DNA of 63,217 bases, filler included, from Sphacelaria rigidula (Eukaryota), in NCBI GenBank assembly GCA_964200075.2. It is 10 parts of 10 records of this genome, joined end to end, with 100 filler letters (N's around TTAATTAATTAA, not from the genome) between each part and the next. Parts side by side here need not be neighbours in the genome. Positions count along the whole stretch, not along the records: positions 37,994 to 44,224 come from CAXNAA020021354.1; positions 44,325 to 50,555 come from CAXNAA020021355.1; positions 50,656 to 56,886 come from CAXNAA020021356.1; 7 more parts are not named here. One strand, 5' to 3'. The notes below the pieces were generated by a model. It worked only from the letters and a program-made list of their open reading frames with translations. It was not told the DNA's origin and made no database searches. Of the stretch, positions 38,852 to 51,076 are shown one piece after another (position 1 is the stretch's first letter; every line of letters begins with the position of its first letter). The translations under genes and the position numbers were made by a program.

Positions 38852-40009
38852 AGCCTACATACACCTTTCGGTATATGTGGGCGCACCAGCCGCGGTCACA
38901 CGGGAGGGAGGTCAACACAGAAGGTTTCCTTTTTCATATGTTTCAGTTCTCCGTCTTACTTCTGCGTTGCTTTCCTTATTCCTCATCGCGAGAGAATAAC
39001 GTTTCATTATTACTGTAGTGGCGTGCTGGTGAGGAGTGAAAAACAGTTGAGCGAAGTTTTTTCGATCGAGAGCATGCGGTTGAATGACACGAAGGAGCAC
39101 TCGACTCCTTTCTTGCAGACCACCACGCCAGGTACCACCCGTCCACAAAACCATGCAAACCCCACCCAACTCATTGTCAGCTACCACCGCAACCTTGCAG
39201 CATAGAACACAAGTTTACCACAGGGATAGATACACTGCAGCAATTGGATATGATTTTTTTGTTTTTTTGTTGGCGGAAACTTCAGCATCTTCTTTCATGG
39301 TAGGGATCAGCGGCAGAACTGCGGGGGGTTCATTTTTTTTCGGGCTCATATTTGTCCAGGGCTGTGAACTGGCAGCTCTGGCCAGTTGAGTGTCAACTGG
39401 CCCCGCCAGCGGCCTGTAAATCGATGGTTTCCCAGTCAATCGGCTTTGCCGAAACGCTTCCCCCCTCCCCCCGGCTGGTGAGGGGGCCTCGCGGGAGCGC
39501 CGCTGGAGGGGAAAACAATTGCGGTATTTGGCTTGTAATCTCTTCAAAAATGTGAACAGTTGTAACAAATGTGGCCCCCCACATTTAGGAACTAAGGCTG
39601 TTAGATGACATAAAAAAATCCATTCAAAGCGGTGAGCGATTCGAGTCATGCCACGATAGGGGAGTGTTATTTTGGGGCATTTCTTCCACGAAATTCCACT
39701 TCAAATCTTCGTTGAAAGCAGCAACGGTTGTTCAAGCGCGCTTGTTACCGACACATGACGCTTGTTTATACGGATTGACTCCATTCTTACCTGAATACAA
39801 GTGCAAACACGCATGTAGTTGGATATCAGGCCCTGGTGCACTTTGTATCTCGTCGTCGCGGGTTGCCGTTTGTTGTTTTGTTTTCGGGTGGCGTGTAATG
39901 AAACGACAAACCTTGGCTTGTATCCGCTATTTACATTACTTTGAGTTGTATTTAGCATGTCCTCAATTTTCAACATGCTCTTTTTTTCCCTTTTTTTTTT
40001 CTTTCGCAC

Positions 40010-40290
40010 TTTAACCCCCCCTCCTTCCTCGGGATGAGTCCGTGGTCTCAAGGGATCAACCGATCTCTCCCCCGGTACGCGTCTTACATTTTGGTCTCGC
40101 GGATTGGATCAGCACCCCCCCACCGCGTCAACTCACGTCACACATACCCAGTCGACTACTGTCTTGACTCACGTTCTCACGCTTTCCACTGTGGAGATTA
40201 TACATTACGAAGAAAAAATCAACGCATCAGGAATCAAACCCTCGTTCTCTCCACCCTAATGGCGACAGTCGGACCATACCACCAGGGCGC
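40010..40290 (-). mobile_element. tRNA-derived SINE family 2
   Basis: Minus-strand head TGGTGGTATGG...GGTTTGATTCC. Homologous to ~46780-47080 and ~52470-52812. Confidence 0.7.
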
Positions 40291-42591
40291 AGCGGCCTAC
40301 ATAATGCAATTGGCAATCGGGGTTAGGCGTTCGGCAGTTCTGCATCAAGCGTGCCGCCGTATGTGAGTTACAGCTCCTTAAATTTTTTTCCCTCATTCGA
40401 CGGACTAGCCGTCGACCTACACGCTTCGGCCTGAAAGAACGAAGAACTGCAGAACCACGACATACCACCGAAGCACACGGGACAAAAAAAAGCATGAAAC
40501 ATTTGAAGTAGTCAACGTGTGACTGGTACAGGGCAAACCCGCCCTTCATGTGGTATAATATTACCACTGAACGCCAGACCTATGCTGTACAAGTCGACCG
40601 AAACACGGGAGACGAAGCATGAGGCTGTGTACTGATTCTTCACGCGCCATTGACGCAAACAATTTCCGTCGACGGCTTCGAAGCGCCCCCCGTCACAATC
40701 GATACCCGTATTCCTCTGCAAGCGTAAAGTGCAGGCCTCCATTGCAGCCCCATTCAAAATAATGGTGTACGCATCTTCGTTATAAACTCACCATACTCAG
40801 ATTGGAATTAAATAGCCGGTAACGGCAAGCCTTTAGTAAACTGGAATGACTGGCGCCCTCGCCGCTAGTTCCAGTTTAACTCCAGTTCCACGTTATTCGA
40901 CAGTATACGAGTATAAACTGGTCCAGTTCGCAGCCCTCTATTTTTCACTTGGAGAATATATGACACGGTTTTCGGCCCCCAATCAGGGAATATCGCCATC
41001 ACACGTCTTGGACACTTTGCATCGCCTAGCAAAAGAAGCCTAGCCCACTTTTCCAAATCATCTTCTAAGGACAATCCGCCGTGCGCTCGAGCTTTAACCA
41101 GCAGCTGATAGCTTGCCTATACCCGAGGTGGTGGGAATGGTCTCAGTGTTTGCCTGGGCGTCTTGCTCGACCTGTGAGTAAATCCGATACCAGATTCAGA
41201 GAGGTTTCCACCCTGGGCTCGAGGCCGCGCCGCAGGAACAATAATCAGAGCTGGTGTTTCCCCAGGAGTGGCTCAGGTCGGTGTCGAGCACAACACAAAC
41301 TCCGCAACTTGGACCACTTGACCGTCGTTGACCCCATTAATAACGCAGGAAAAATCGTGTTGCGTTCGGAGCGGCGTCCATTTTGTTGTCCGAAAGCCTG
41401 ACTGAAAATCAAGGACTTTGGGGTTGAAAAAACAGAGTTTGGGATGACTGCTGTACTCTTTTTGTTTGATGCACCTGTGTTGCTTAATATGTTGAGCGCA
41501 CAGAGTTTACCAGTGGACCACCACATTCCGCCCAGATCGCCCAAAGACACCGATGACTAATTTGGGTTCGGATCAGTTGTTGTTGAAGTGGGATTACCGG
41601 ATTCACTAGACACAACAAATACTAGTCGTTTAACGCTTGAGACCACAGAAGCAGAAGTGCACCCCCATTTACTGTAGCGACGAATAAATGTAGATCTTCT
41701 ATATGAACCATGATGTACTTCGACACAATGTCTTCATTTGTTTCACCGGTTATTGACTGATATCGTTGGCCATTAAACTTAGCGATGTTCCCAAGCTGTA
41801 GTAGTATAAATGTCCTCGGATTCCATATCATTTTTGTAAAGTTTTTTTGTAAAGTTTCCGATCCCCCTCCCTCTCTTTCGTCTCTCCTTCCTTCCTCTTT
41901 TCATCCTTCCATCCTTCCCTTCCTCTTTTCCTCTTTCCTTCCTTCGATCCCTGCCGTTTTGATGATGATTTTGTCTGGTTGACGGTGTAGGAGTGTTTTG
42001 TGTGTCCTTTCTGGAGATCTCGTGGGCGATCGTTCATGCCCAAAAAGTGTGGTTCTCAATAGCTGAGCCCCAAGCTACTTCCACGGCCTTCGTATCTCCC
42101 TGCCTTCGTTTTACCGTCTCCTCACCCGAGGCAACGCTGCACGGGGTCGTCACTTCTTGCTCATTCCTCCATAGTAAGTGGTACGAAGTACTACTTTGTA
42201 CATGTTTTTGTCGATATCGGTACTGTACATGTATTCAGTTTGGCGCTTGATCGTGTTTCTCTCTCTTCCCCCTATTTTTCCGGTTCTTTGGTTTTCGCTC
42301 TTCCTCTTCATTGTGGTGTCATGTCCCTCGTTTTTCGAACTGACTCGATTTCATCGTTGCGTGATTCTTCATCTCTATCCTTGGTGTCGACCGACTTGCG
42401 TGAGTACTGTGCAACATCCTAATATTGCTGATGATATTTTTATTACTGTCATCACGAATATCACGAATAACAAGTATTTTTCGATCATTTACCTGGGGTT
42501 CTGTCATCTTGTCGTCACGGCCGGCTTCCTCGGAACTCAGGTATTGTGCGATAATCGAGAGATCAGTAATGATTTGATGTGCTTTCTGCCC

Positions 42592-42983
42592 ATGGTTTCG
42601 GAGTACTGATAGTTTGGCGGCGGTGCTGGCACATATGTAGCATGCTACGATGTTGCATGGCGCGTCAAATTGTATCGTCTCATCTTGCCATTTCATGTAC
42701 TGCTGCCAAACCGTGCAAAACACGATCATGGTCTCGGAGTACTGATAGTTTGGCGGCGGTGCTAGCACATATGTAGCATGCTGCTATGTTGCATTGCGCC
42801 TCAAATTTTATCGTCTCATCTTGCCATTTCATGTGCTGCTGCCAAACCATGCAAAACACGATCATGGTCTCGAAGTACTGACAGTTTGGCGGCGGTGCTA
42901 GCACATATGTAGCATGCTGCGATGATGCATTGCGCGTCAAATTGTATCGTCTCATCTTGCCATTTCATGTACTGCTGCCAAAC
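42592..42983. repeat. 136-bp tandem repeat, ~2.9 copies
   Basis: Units start at 42592, 42728 and 42864. Confidence 0.9.
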
Positions 42984-43875
42984 TGCAGCAGAACACACTC
43001 AGTGCGTCATGGATCTTTACCGCAGGCACGCGGTCTACGCTTGTCGATCTTTGCTTGGTGGTTGGCGACCACAGTGCAGCATGTGCAGCATGCTGACAGC
43101 ACGGGGAGCGGGGGAGCGGGATGTCGTGAAGAAAGAAATTCGATCTGCCGATAAAGTTTGGTATAAAGATAAGTGAAGCAACAAGAAGTACACCCCAGAA
43201 AAAGGTATATATACCAAGTGAGACTGACACCAACGGTTCAGGAACACGGCAGACTCACTACGGAGCATACTCCGTGGTAGGCTTCTTACAGTGTTTTGGC
43301 GACTCTCAAAAAGCGCCGAGGAAATCCTAGGGGTAGAACAGGATGAGTCCAGAAAGCTCTCGTGCATGGCGCGCGTTGTTTGCGTTCATTGGCTATAGTA
43401 CGGTCGGGCTAAATCCATGGACGTCAACTTGAAGACGTGTCAGCGTTCGCCCCACGAGCTCCGTATGGATAACACCTGGAATACACTCGCGTAGTCAGTA
43501 GCCATTGTTCAAGCCATCGCACGGCGCAAACGGCTCGGAGCGGACAAGACAACGTGCTCGCTACAAGCAAGAGCCTCGTATCGACTCACCAACATCTTTG
43601 GCTCGCTTGCTCAATCCCTAGCCATCGCTCAGGCCATCGCGCGGCCCACACGATTGCGTAGCGGACGAGAAACGTAATTGGGCGGTCACGACGTCGTTGT
43701 GCTACACGGACATTTATATTCAAATCGCGGGTCTTGACCTCGAGCTTACACTTTGTACGGAGCACGGTTCACTGTCACAGCACGAAAAGCTCGTGTGGAA
43801 CGTGTCGCGAGGGAATACCAGAAACATGCACAGCGGCGACACTACGGATGCCGTGGGACGCTTTACCATAGTAGA

Positions 43876-43914
43876 CCCTAACCCTAACCCTAACCCTAAC
43901 CCTAACCCTAACCC
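43876..43914. repeat. Interstitial telomeric repeat (CCCTAA)6
   Basis: Perfect array, with CCATAG on both sides. Confidence 0.9.
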
Positions 43915-44952
43915 ATAGACAAGAATAGACGACACCTCGGCACCTCGACGTTCTTTGGGGGGCTGTCCAGCAATCGCCTGCCTACCCGCACGTGGGAAAC
44001 TGGGTACATGCCGGGCACATGCATGATGCCAGTCTCTCGAGCAATTGGGAATTGCCCAGCGAGGACACACGAAGCATACGGGCGAGGGGCTTCCTCTCTG
44101 CAGCTACTCTTTCGGTGGTATCGTCATCGACACGCGTGTACGCCGCATTCGTCCGGTGCACCTAGCCACAGCTGCTCAACTGCTGCAGATTTGAGGGGGG
44201 GGTGTACTCATGATCATGCATGCCNNNNNNNNNNNNNNNNNNNNNNNNNNNNNNNNNNNNNNNNNNNNTTAATTAATTAANNNNNNNNNNNNNNNNNNNN
44301 NNNNNNNNNNNNNNNNNNNNNNNNGGTGTTTATGTATTGAAACTTCGTATGGGGCGTGGCTAGGGCATAATCAACAAAACAAAGTGGGTCAGGTTGATTT
44401 TTTTTAATTTCCACTGGTTTAGGGCGTTCTACTATTGTAAAGACCATATTTCACGAGAATGCCCTAACCTCTATGAAAAAATAAATAAAATGGAAGGCCC
44501 ACTTTTTTTATTCCGGCACTCTTCGATGGTTCTCCACACCAAAATTCGTCGTCATCCGCTGAATGCATCGATCGGGAGTTTCATAGAGATTTTAGTATCA
44601 AGGCTATCTCCGTACGGTACAGGAATTACTAGACATGGGGTTGAATCAACGAGAAAATATGGACCCAAACTTTTGAGCAGATGGGCACCTTCCCCTTGAT
44701 TAGACGGTTAATACGATATGCNNNNNNNNNNCCAACTCGTCTGTGTCGATGAGATATTGCTTTTAGAGCTTAGATCCGTTTTTAGGCTGGCCCAGCTCGT
44801 AGTCAAGAGAAATGAGTGGATCATGGCAATACACACGCAATATACAAAATGAGAAAAACCGAAACGCAGAAATTCTTCAAGCAGCTATTGAATTAACAGC
44901 AACAAAGACGCACCAGTCCATAAGACAAAAAGGGCCAGAGATGAAAATATTT

Positions 44953-46192
44953 CACACCCTGTACAACTATAACTAACAGCAAACTAAGTTAGTTATTTGT
45001 CGACCAACTAGCGGCTAGTTGCTTCCAAACGACTAGTTGCACACGATTCTGAGAGACGAGCTGTTTGGAAACAACTACTTGCACGCAATTCTGAGAGATG
45101 AGTTGCTTGGAAACAACTAGTTGCATACGATTCGGAGAGATGAGTTGTTTGAAAACAACTAATTGCACACGATTCGGAGAGATTAATTTTTTCCAAACAA
45201 CTAGTTGCACACGATTCGAGAGATTAGTTGTTTGAGAACAACTAATCGCACACGATTATGAGAGATGAGTTGTTTGAAACAACTAATGGCACACGACTCG
45301 GAGAGATAAGTTGTTTGAAAACAACTACTTGCAGGCGATTCTGAACACTTTAGTTGTTTGAAAACAACTAGTCGTACGCTATTCTGAGAGATTAGTTGTT
45401 TGAAAACAACTAGTTGCACACGATTCTAAACACTTAGTTGTTTGAGAGACAACTACCAACTATTGTAGTTGTACAGGGTGTGGAAGCTTTCCTCCAGATA
45501 AAAGCGAAGACGCACGAGAGGATAGGCGCTACAAGCACAAAGCGCTGCGTTTTTTTTCTTTCTCAACAAAATTGATTGGGTAATGTCTTAGTATATGTAT
45601 CATACCTAAACAAGAGCTTGTGCTTACTTCACCACACTACCTGAAACCGTGAAAAAACAGACGAGGAAAAACACCGACAAAGCTTACATCAAGAGCCGGT
45701 CCGTCAGTGGGCTTTTTGAGAAGTGAGTTGTTTGGAAACAACTAGTTGCACACGATTCGGATAGATGAGTTGTTTGGAAACAACTAATTGCACACGATCA
45801 TGAGAGATGAGTTGTTTTCAAATGACTAGTTGCACACGATTTCAAGAGGTGAGTTGTTCGGAAACAACTAACTGCTCACGATTCGGAGAGATAAGTTGTT
45901 TGGAAACAACCAGTGGCACACGATTTTGAGAGGTGAGTTGTTTGGAAACAACTAGTGGCACACGATTCGGAAAGATAAGTTGTTCGGAAACAACAAATTG
46001 CACACGATTATGAGAGATGAGTTGCTTGAAAACAACTAGTTGCACACGATTCTGAACAGTTAGTTGTTTGGAAACAACTATTTACACACGATCATGAGAG
46101 ATGAGTTGTTTGAAAACAACTAGTTGCACACGATTCTGAACACTTAGTTGTTTGAGAAACAACTACCAACTATTTTAGTTGTACAGGGTGTG
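44953..46192. mobile_element. Non-autonomous TIR element (hAT-like) filled with a ~39-bp palindromic satellite
   Basis: TIR CACACCCTGTACAACTA / TAGTTGTACAGGGTGTG, with AAATATTT on both flanks (44945-44952, 46193-46200). Extra internal right TIR at 45466-45482. Satellite arrays at ~45010-45460 and ~45720-46170. Confidence 0.75.
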
Positions 46193-46779
46193 AAATATTT
46201 CACGACTTGAAACAAACGTCGCGGAATCCACACCTCAAAACTATTCTCCCACCCAATCTGTGTTATTTGTTCCAAGTCCGGGTTCCCGCTTATTTGGGCT
46301 ATCTGTGACGAACCACAAGAGCAGTCGCCTGATGACAAGAAACTTCGTGACTGAACACTCCCGAAACATGGCCCAGTAGCTAGATGCGTCAAGTGAATTG
46401 CAGTACATCTTGCAGGTACCGTAACCAATAAGGCATACCTCGTGAGCCGTGGTCATAGTCCAAAACAGGAAATACGACCAGTACGCTTCACCCGGTAGCG
46501 CCTATGGTAGCGAGTAGCGTCTCTCGGTGACAAATAAGTAACACATGAATCGGTACAATTTGTTCAATTCATTGTGGACATGTAGTTCAAGTTCGTACAT
46601 CACAAAGTACAAGGGTAGCGTCAGTTACCCTTTGGAACGCGAAGGTTTCGGAATCTTTGCTTCACGATCATTCGTGCGCTTAAAATTATTGCACAAAAAC
46701 GCGCACCAGTGGTCCAAATTCAAAATTGAAAAAACCAGGACAGAGCGGAGAAAAACGCGTGTTTGAATCCGATAGAATA

Positions 46780-47080
46780 TTTTATTTTTTATTTGTCACC
46801 CTTCGAACCCCTCCCCATCCTCGGGACGAGTCCGTGTCTCAAGGGATCAGCCCATCCCTCCCCGGTAAACGCCTTGCATTTTGATATCACGGATTGGGTC
46901 AGCACTCCCGCACCGCGTTAACTCACGTCAAAAAAACTTATTCAACTATTTTGTTTACTCACGTTCTCAGGCTTTGCACAATGGAAATCAGATAATACAA
47001 AGGAAAAACCAAACGCTTCGGGAATCTAACCCTCGTTCTCTCCACCCTCATGGCGACAGTCGGACCATTACACCAACGCT
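46780..47080 (-). mobile_element. tRNA-derived SINE family 2
   Basis: Head GCGTTGGTGTAATGGTCCG (A box)...GGTTAGATTCC, and an A-rich tail on the minus strand. Confidence 0.7.
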
Positions 47081-47536
47081 GCGCGGCACAAGATTAATCT
47101 GGCTTAATTTCATTCCGATGAGTATCTGATTTTTTCGTCGTTGAAAAGGTGAAGTTATGAGTAGCAGAAGCAAAACAATCATTTGCCGACAGTCGACGCG
47201 GCGCGGGAGTACTAAGGGTCATGACTCAACCAACCCACGATATCAAAATGTAAGGCGTGTAACGGGGGAAATCGGTTGATTCCCGCGAGCCCACTCATTC
47301 TTCGCCCATGAGGGGCGGGGTAGGAAGTATGACGAGAAAAAAAAAAACGTAACCACGTCACTACCAAAGGGGTACTCGTGAGCAGCACCAACAACCCTAC
47401 ACTATGTGACCCAGATTCTGAACAAAACCGGGTACATGATTCTTGCGTGCTGGATATCCGTGACAATTCTGTGTCCCCCAACCTCGAGCGCAAAACTGGA
47501 CGGTATCTCCCCAACCCCCTTGAGTTAAAAGGGTTT

Positions 47537-47830
47537 AGACCCCCATGAGGTAAGCCGCGGCTGTCTCTAGAAGTGGCGATACCAAAAAAGGAAGCAACTC
47601 ATCCGAGGCTGTCATCCATGTGCAATATAGCTAGTACCCTTCGGGCCGAATAATCTTAGCAGGATGCTGGCCCCCTATCGTGCGACTCGCCTTACACATT
47701 ACGGTGCTTCGCGCTTGGTGATTGCGAGCTGGTCTGGTCCGGCGAGAACCCGGCGTGCTCTGTCCCGGCTTCGTACAGATGCGAGGTCAATGGTCATATG
47801 AGTACGGCATGCAAGATCATGAGTGCCCCC
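47537..47830 (+). mobile_element. Family A retroposon, full length
   Basis: AGACCCCCATGAGG...GCAAGATCATGAGTG followed by a C-rich tail. Confidence 0.8.
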
Positions 47831-48349
47831 CCTCCCCTCCCCCCCTCTTCTCCCTAACCCTTGTGATTATGAAGCAGTCGTTCCAAGTTCCCACGCCGGT
47901 CAGTGTGAACGTCTGTGATTTGTTTAGAATGGGGGAATGCTCCCGCATAACAACATGGGAGGAACATGTGGTAGTTCCTCGAGGCTACACACTCCCCCTT
48001 CCGAGAAAGAGGGAAGAGTTGAGAGTGTGCCAAAAAAGGAGAAAGAAGTGAAGGTGTTGAAAACTCCGAGATCGTCTCCTGTAGTGTAAGACTTTTTAAT
48101 ACCAGGTGTATTTACCCAGGTATTAATCTGGCGTTTATTGTTTGTTTGTTTGTTTTTATTTCTTTGTGTTCTCTCCCCGTTGAACTCGGGGGAGCTACTT
48201 CTCACCGGTTTTCATGGCATCTCTCATCTTATTTTTTCTTTATTTTGGTAATGTGTCTGGTAAGGNNNNNNNNNNGGAAGGCGAGCCTACGTCTGTGACC
48301 ACGGGTTCGCGAGATCGGACTAATGTGCGGAAATAGTAGTAATAATAAT

Positions 48350-48970
48350 AACTACCCGGACTCGACAGTTCTGCAAATTTCGTAAGCCTCTCATACCGAC
48401 AACCGGCAGTTCTGTGAGATCTGTCCGAAATTTTCGCCTTTATCCTCGGTACGGATATACCCTTGTGGAAATACCCAACGGCCGGTGAGGGTTTCTGTAT
48501 AACCTCCACACCGTACCGGACAGTTTCATGAGTTCTGTGAATTTTCCATACCGGTACCGTACAGCTCTGTAAATTTATGTGAAACTCCCAAACCGATACC
48601 CGACCGTTCTTTGAGACCTGTCCAAAACTTTGATCTTCTCCCGGGGTACGGGTACACCCTTGTAGAAATACCCGGTTGCGGGAAAGGACTTCTGCGCAAT
48701 CTCCATACCATACCCGACAGGTTCAGTAAGCCTCTCATACCGGTTACCCGGCAGTTCTGTGAGACCTGTCCGAGATGTTCACCTTTACATGGGGTACGGA
48801 TATACCCTTGTAAACATACGCGGTTGCGAGTAAGGGTTTCTGTACGACCTCCATCCCGTACCCGACAGAACCTGTAACTTCTATCATACTTCTATACCGG
48901 TACCCGGACAGTTCTGAAAGCTCTGTAAGAAATCTCATCCCCCTAGCGAACACATCCGTACCCTACAGAA
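48350..48970. repeat. Internally repetitive element (TACCCGG/CAGTTCTG modules)
   Basis: ~48385-48540 is similar to ~48730-48930, with many short TACCC/GTTCTG motifs. Confidence 0.6.
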
Positions 48971-49039
48971 CAACACCACCTCGACAACCTCCGCAGTCAA
49001 AAGCTCAAGTACACCTCAGAGGATGACATATTTTCTTGC

Positions 49040-49252
49040 CTCGGATGTCGCAGGCTTGTAGATGAACGTCACGCCGACGTCGAAGTACGGGTAGGAAAAC
49101 GACACGATATCTGAGCGCTCCGCCGTGACGGAAATCCAGCTAGCGCTCATGTCGAAAGAACCGTCGGCCACGGAGGCCACGACATCGTCGGTCAAAGTGG
49201 TGGTGTTGCGCACGGTTAAGGTGTACGTGAAGCCGAGCCGACGGGACAATTC
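49040..49252 (-). CDS. Exon of an ionotropic glutamate receptor-like protein (S1 ligand-binding lobe / periplasmic binding protein fold)
   Basis: ELSRRLGFTY...VADGSFDMSASWISVTAERSDIVSFSYPYFDVGVTFIYK. cag| acceptor and probable GC donor (GAG|GCAAGA), giving 213 nt in phase 0-0. Confidence 0.75.
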
Positions 49253-50491
49253 CTGTTTTTGTCCGTTCCGTCGTTCCGTTTTGATTCGGTTTATTTTGTG
49301 CAGGAGGTAGTCATTCGACGTCAAGCAGCAGCAAAAAAGGCGATCAATCAAAAGAGAGTTGGAGAAAACGTGTCGATTGATGATGAACAGTGCAGTAACC
49401 TACGTCTAACTAACCCCAGCCGCCGAGGAAGTTCTCCGTGATTGCTTTTTTTTTGCTTTCCAGCGCGAGCAATTTACAAATGAGAAAAATGATGATGATG
49501 CGGAAGACGAACAAGCATATGGATACAGTACGATACAGGACATGAACTAGAAAACAAAGACAAAGTGCAGCTTTCTCCGGATCCCAACCGACGAGGACAG
49601 CCCGATCTTGTTTTGTGCTATTTTTTCGAACGTCCTTCTTCGAGGGCGGAAAACGCAAGAGAGACAGAGAGACAGAGAGGCAGAAAAGGAGGAAAAGAGC
49701 AAGAAACAACAATGGACATCAGAAGAGATGGTGAGTGAATTGGATCACTGTAGTCGTGGTACAGTAGTTCGAGAAAATAACACAAACGCCTCCCTGGACC
49801 CTTGACGCATCGGAGCTCAGCAAGAACCACCGGAACGCGCTGTGCTGACTACTCTGGCTTCTTGCTGTTACCTATAGTCTTCGCTTTGCTGATCGTGCGG
49901 GAAGGCAAGAGCATACGTGTAGTGTCAAATGGCTCTTGTTTGGACCAACGAATCAGTACGAGCATCTCGAGCTAAAGGTCACCACAACCTGTACGGGACG
50001 TTATCCAGCTATCGGTTCTTGAGTGTGTAACAAAACACACACACACACACATACAAGAAAAAACACAGCATATGCATGTATGTGTGTCTATTTTCATTCC
50101 ATTTAGTCTGGGTGCCTACACCTTTCAGATATGTTCTCGAACCAGTCGGGGTTCTGCACGGAGGATGGTCACACATGTTTTGTCTTGTTTTTTCGATTCT
50201 CCACCTTCCCTTGTGCCGTGCATGCCTTCGTTTCTGTCGCGAACAAGTTTCGCCCGTCCCGTTCCCTCGTCGCTAATTGATTCGAATGCATTTTGATTAC
50301 TCACGAAGGAATCACTTTCCACTGCTGGGCATATTGTAACGACAAAAAAACATCGTGTGACCACACCGAGAATGGAACTCGATATTTCATCATCAGAAGG
50401 TTTCCGAGGCTATCAAATGAACCCCCAGGGCTACCGGCGCTACAGCCTGAAATCGAAATATAGAAAACCGCAGGAGCTGCAGATGTCGGTG

Positions 50492-50555
50492 GGGGTGTAC
50501 TCATGATCATGCATGACATAGTCATAAGGCCATTGACCTCGCATCCCTACAAAGC
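50492..50555 (-). mobile_element. Family A retroposon 3' end (cut by contig end)
   Basis: GGGGGTGTACTCATGATCATGCATG... The same end occurs at ~44198-44224. Confidence 0.75.
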
Positions 50556-50655
50556 NNNNNNNNNNNNNNNNNNNNNNNNNNNNNNNNNNNNNNNNNNNNT
50601 TAATTAATTAANNNNNNNNNNNNNNNNNNNNNNNNNNNNNNNNNNNNNNNNNNNN

Positions 50656-50732
50656 CAATGAGTTGCTTTATTCTGTGGTATCACAACTTCCAGAGACAGC
50701 CACAGCTTTTAGACTGCCTCATGGGTGTCTTA
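50656..50732 (-). mobile_element. Family A retroposon 5' end (cut by contig start)
   Basis: ...AGAGACAGCC...CTGCCTCATGGGTGTC, with a poly-G run a few nt beyond. Confidence 0.7.
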
Positions 50733-50992
50733 GCATCGGGGGGGGGTATTGACAACTGTGCGGTATAGGCAGCGTAGTTAGTGTACCACAACTACTACAT
50801 GTTACTGTATTGCAAAGTGGAGTAAGTTCGTTACGTAATATACATAAAGGAGGAGATTAGTTATGCATATTGTAGTGTGCCTACGTACGTACTGTTTCTG
50901 TTGTTATCTCCGACCAGCACCACTGCACTTTTTTTTGTTTGTTCATTGTGCCATTTGAAACGTCTGTATGCACGCTGGACGGGAGAACACAG

Positions 50993-51076
50993 GTACCGGC
51001 CGCGTGTACGGGTGCTCCGCGTGACTGGTCATACCATGTGCGAGGCGTACTTCGTCAAGAATCGCGAGAAAGTGTG
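50993..51076 (+). CDS. TRM6: Exon of tRNA m1A58 methyltransferase non-catalytic subunit TRM6/GCD10
   Basis: cag|...|gtgagc, phase 2-2. YRPRVRVLRVTGHTMCEAYFVKNREKV joins in frame to the next exon. Confidence 0.65.

Noticed and set aside
43240..43500. Weak resemblance to a hAT transposase RW(L)S region
   Set aside because: Too degenerate, with stops, to support a call.
45010..46170. CRISPR-like array of palindromic repeats
   Set aside because: Units are contiguous with no unique spacers, there are no cas genes, the context is eukaryotic, and the array sits inside TIRs.
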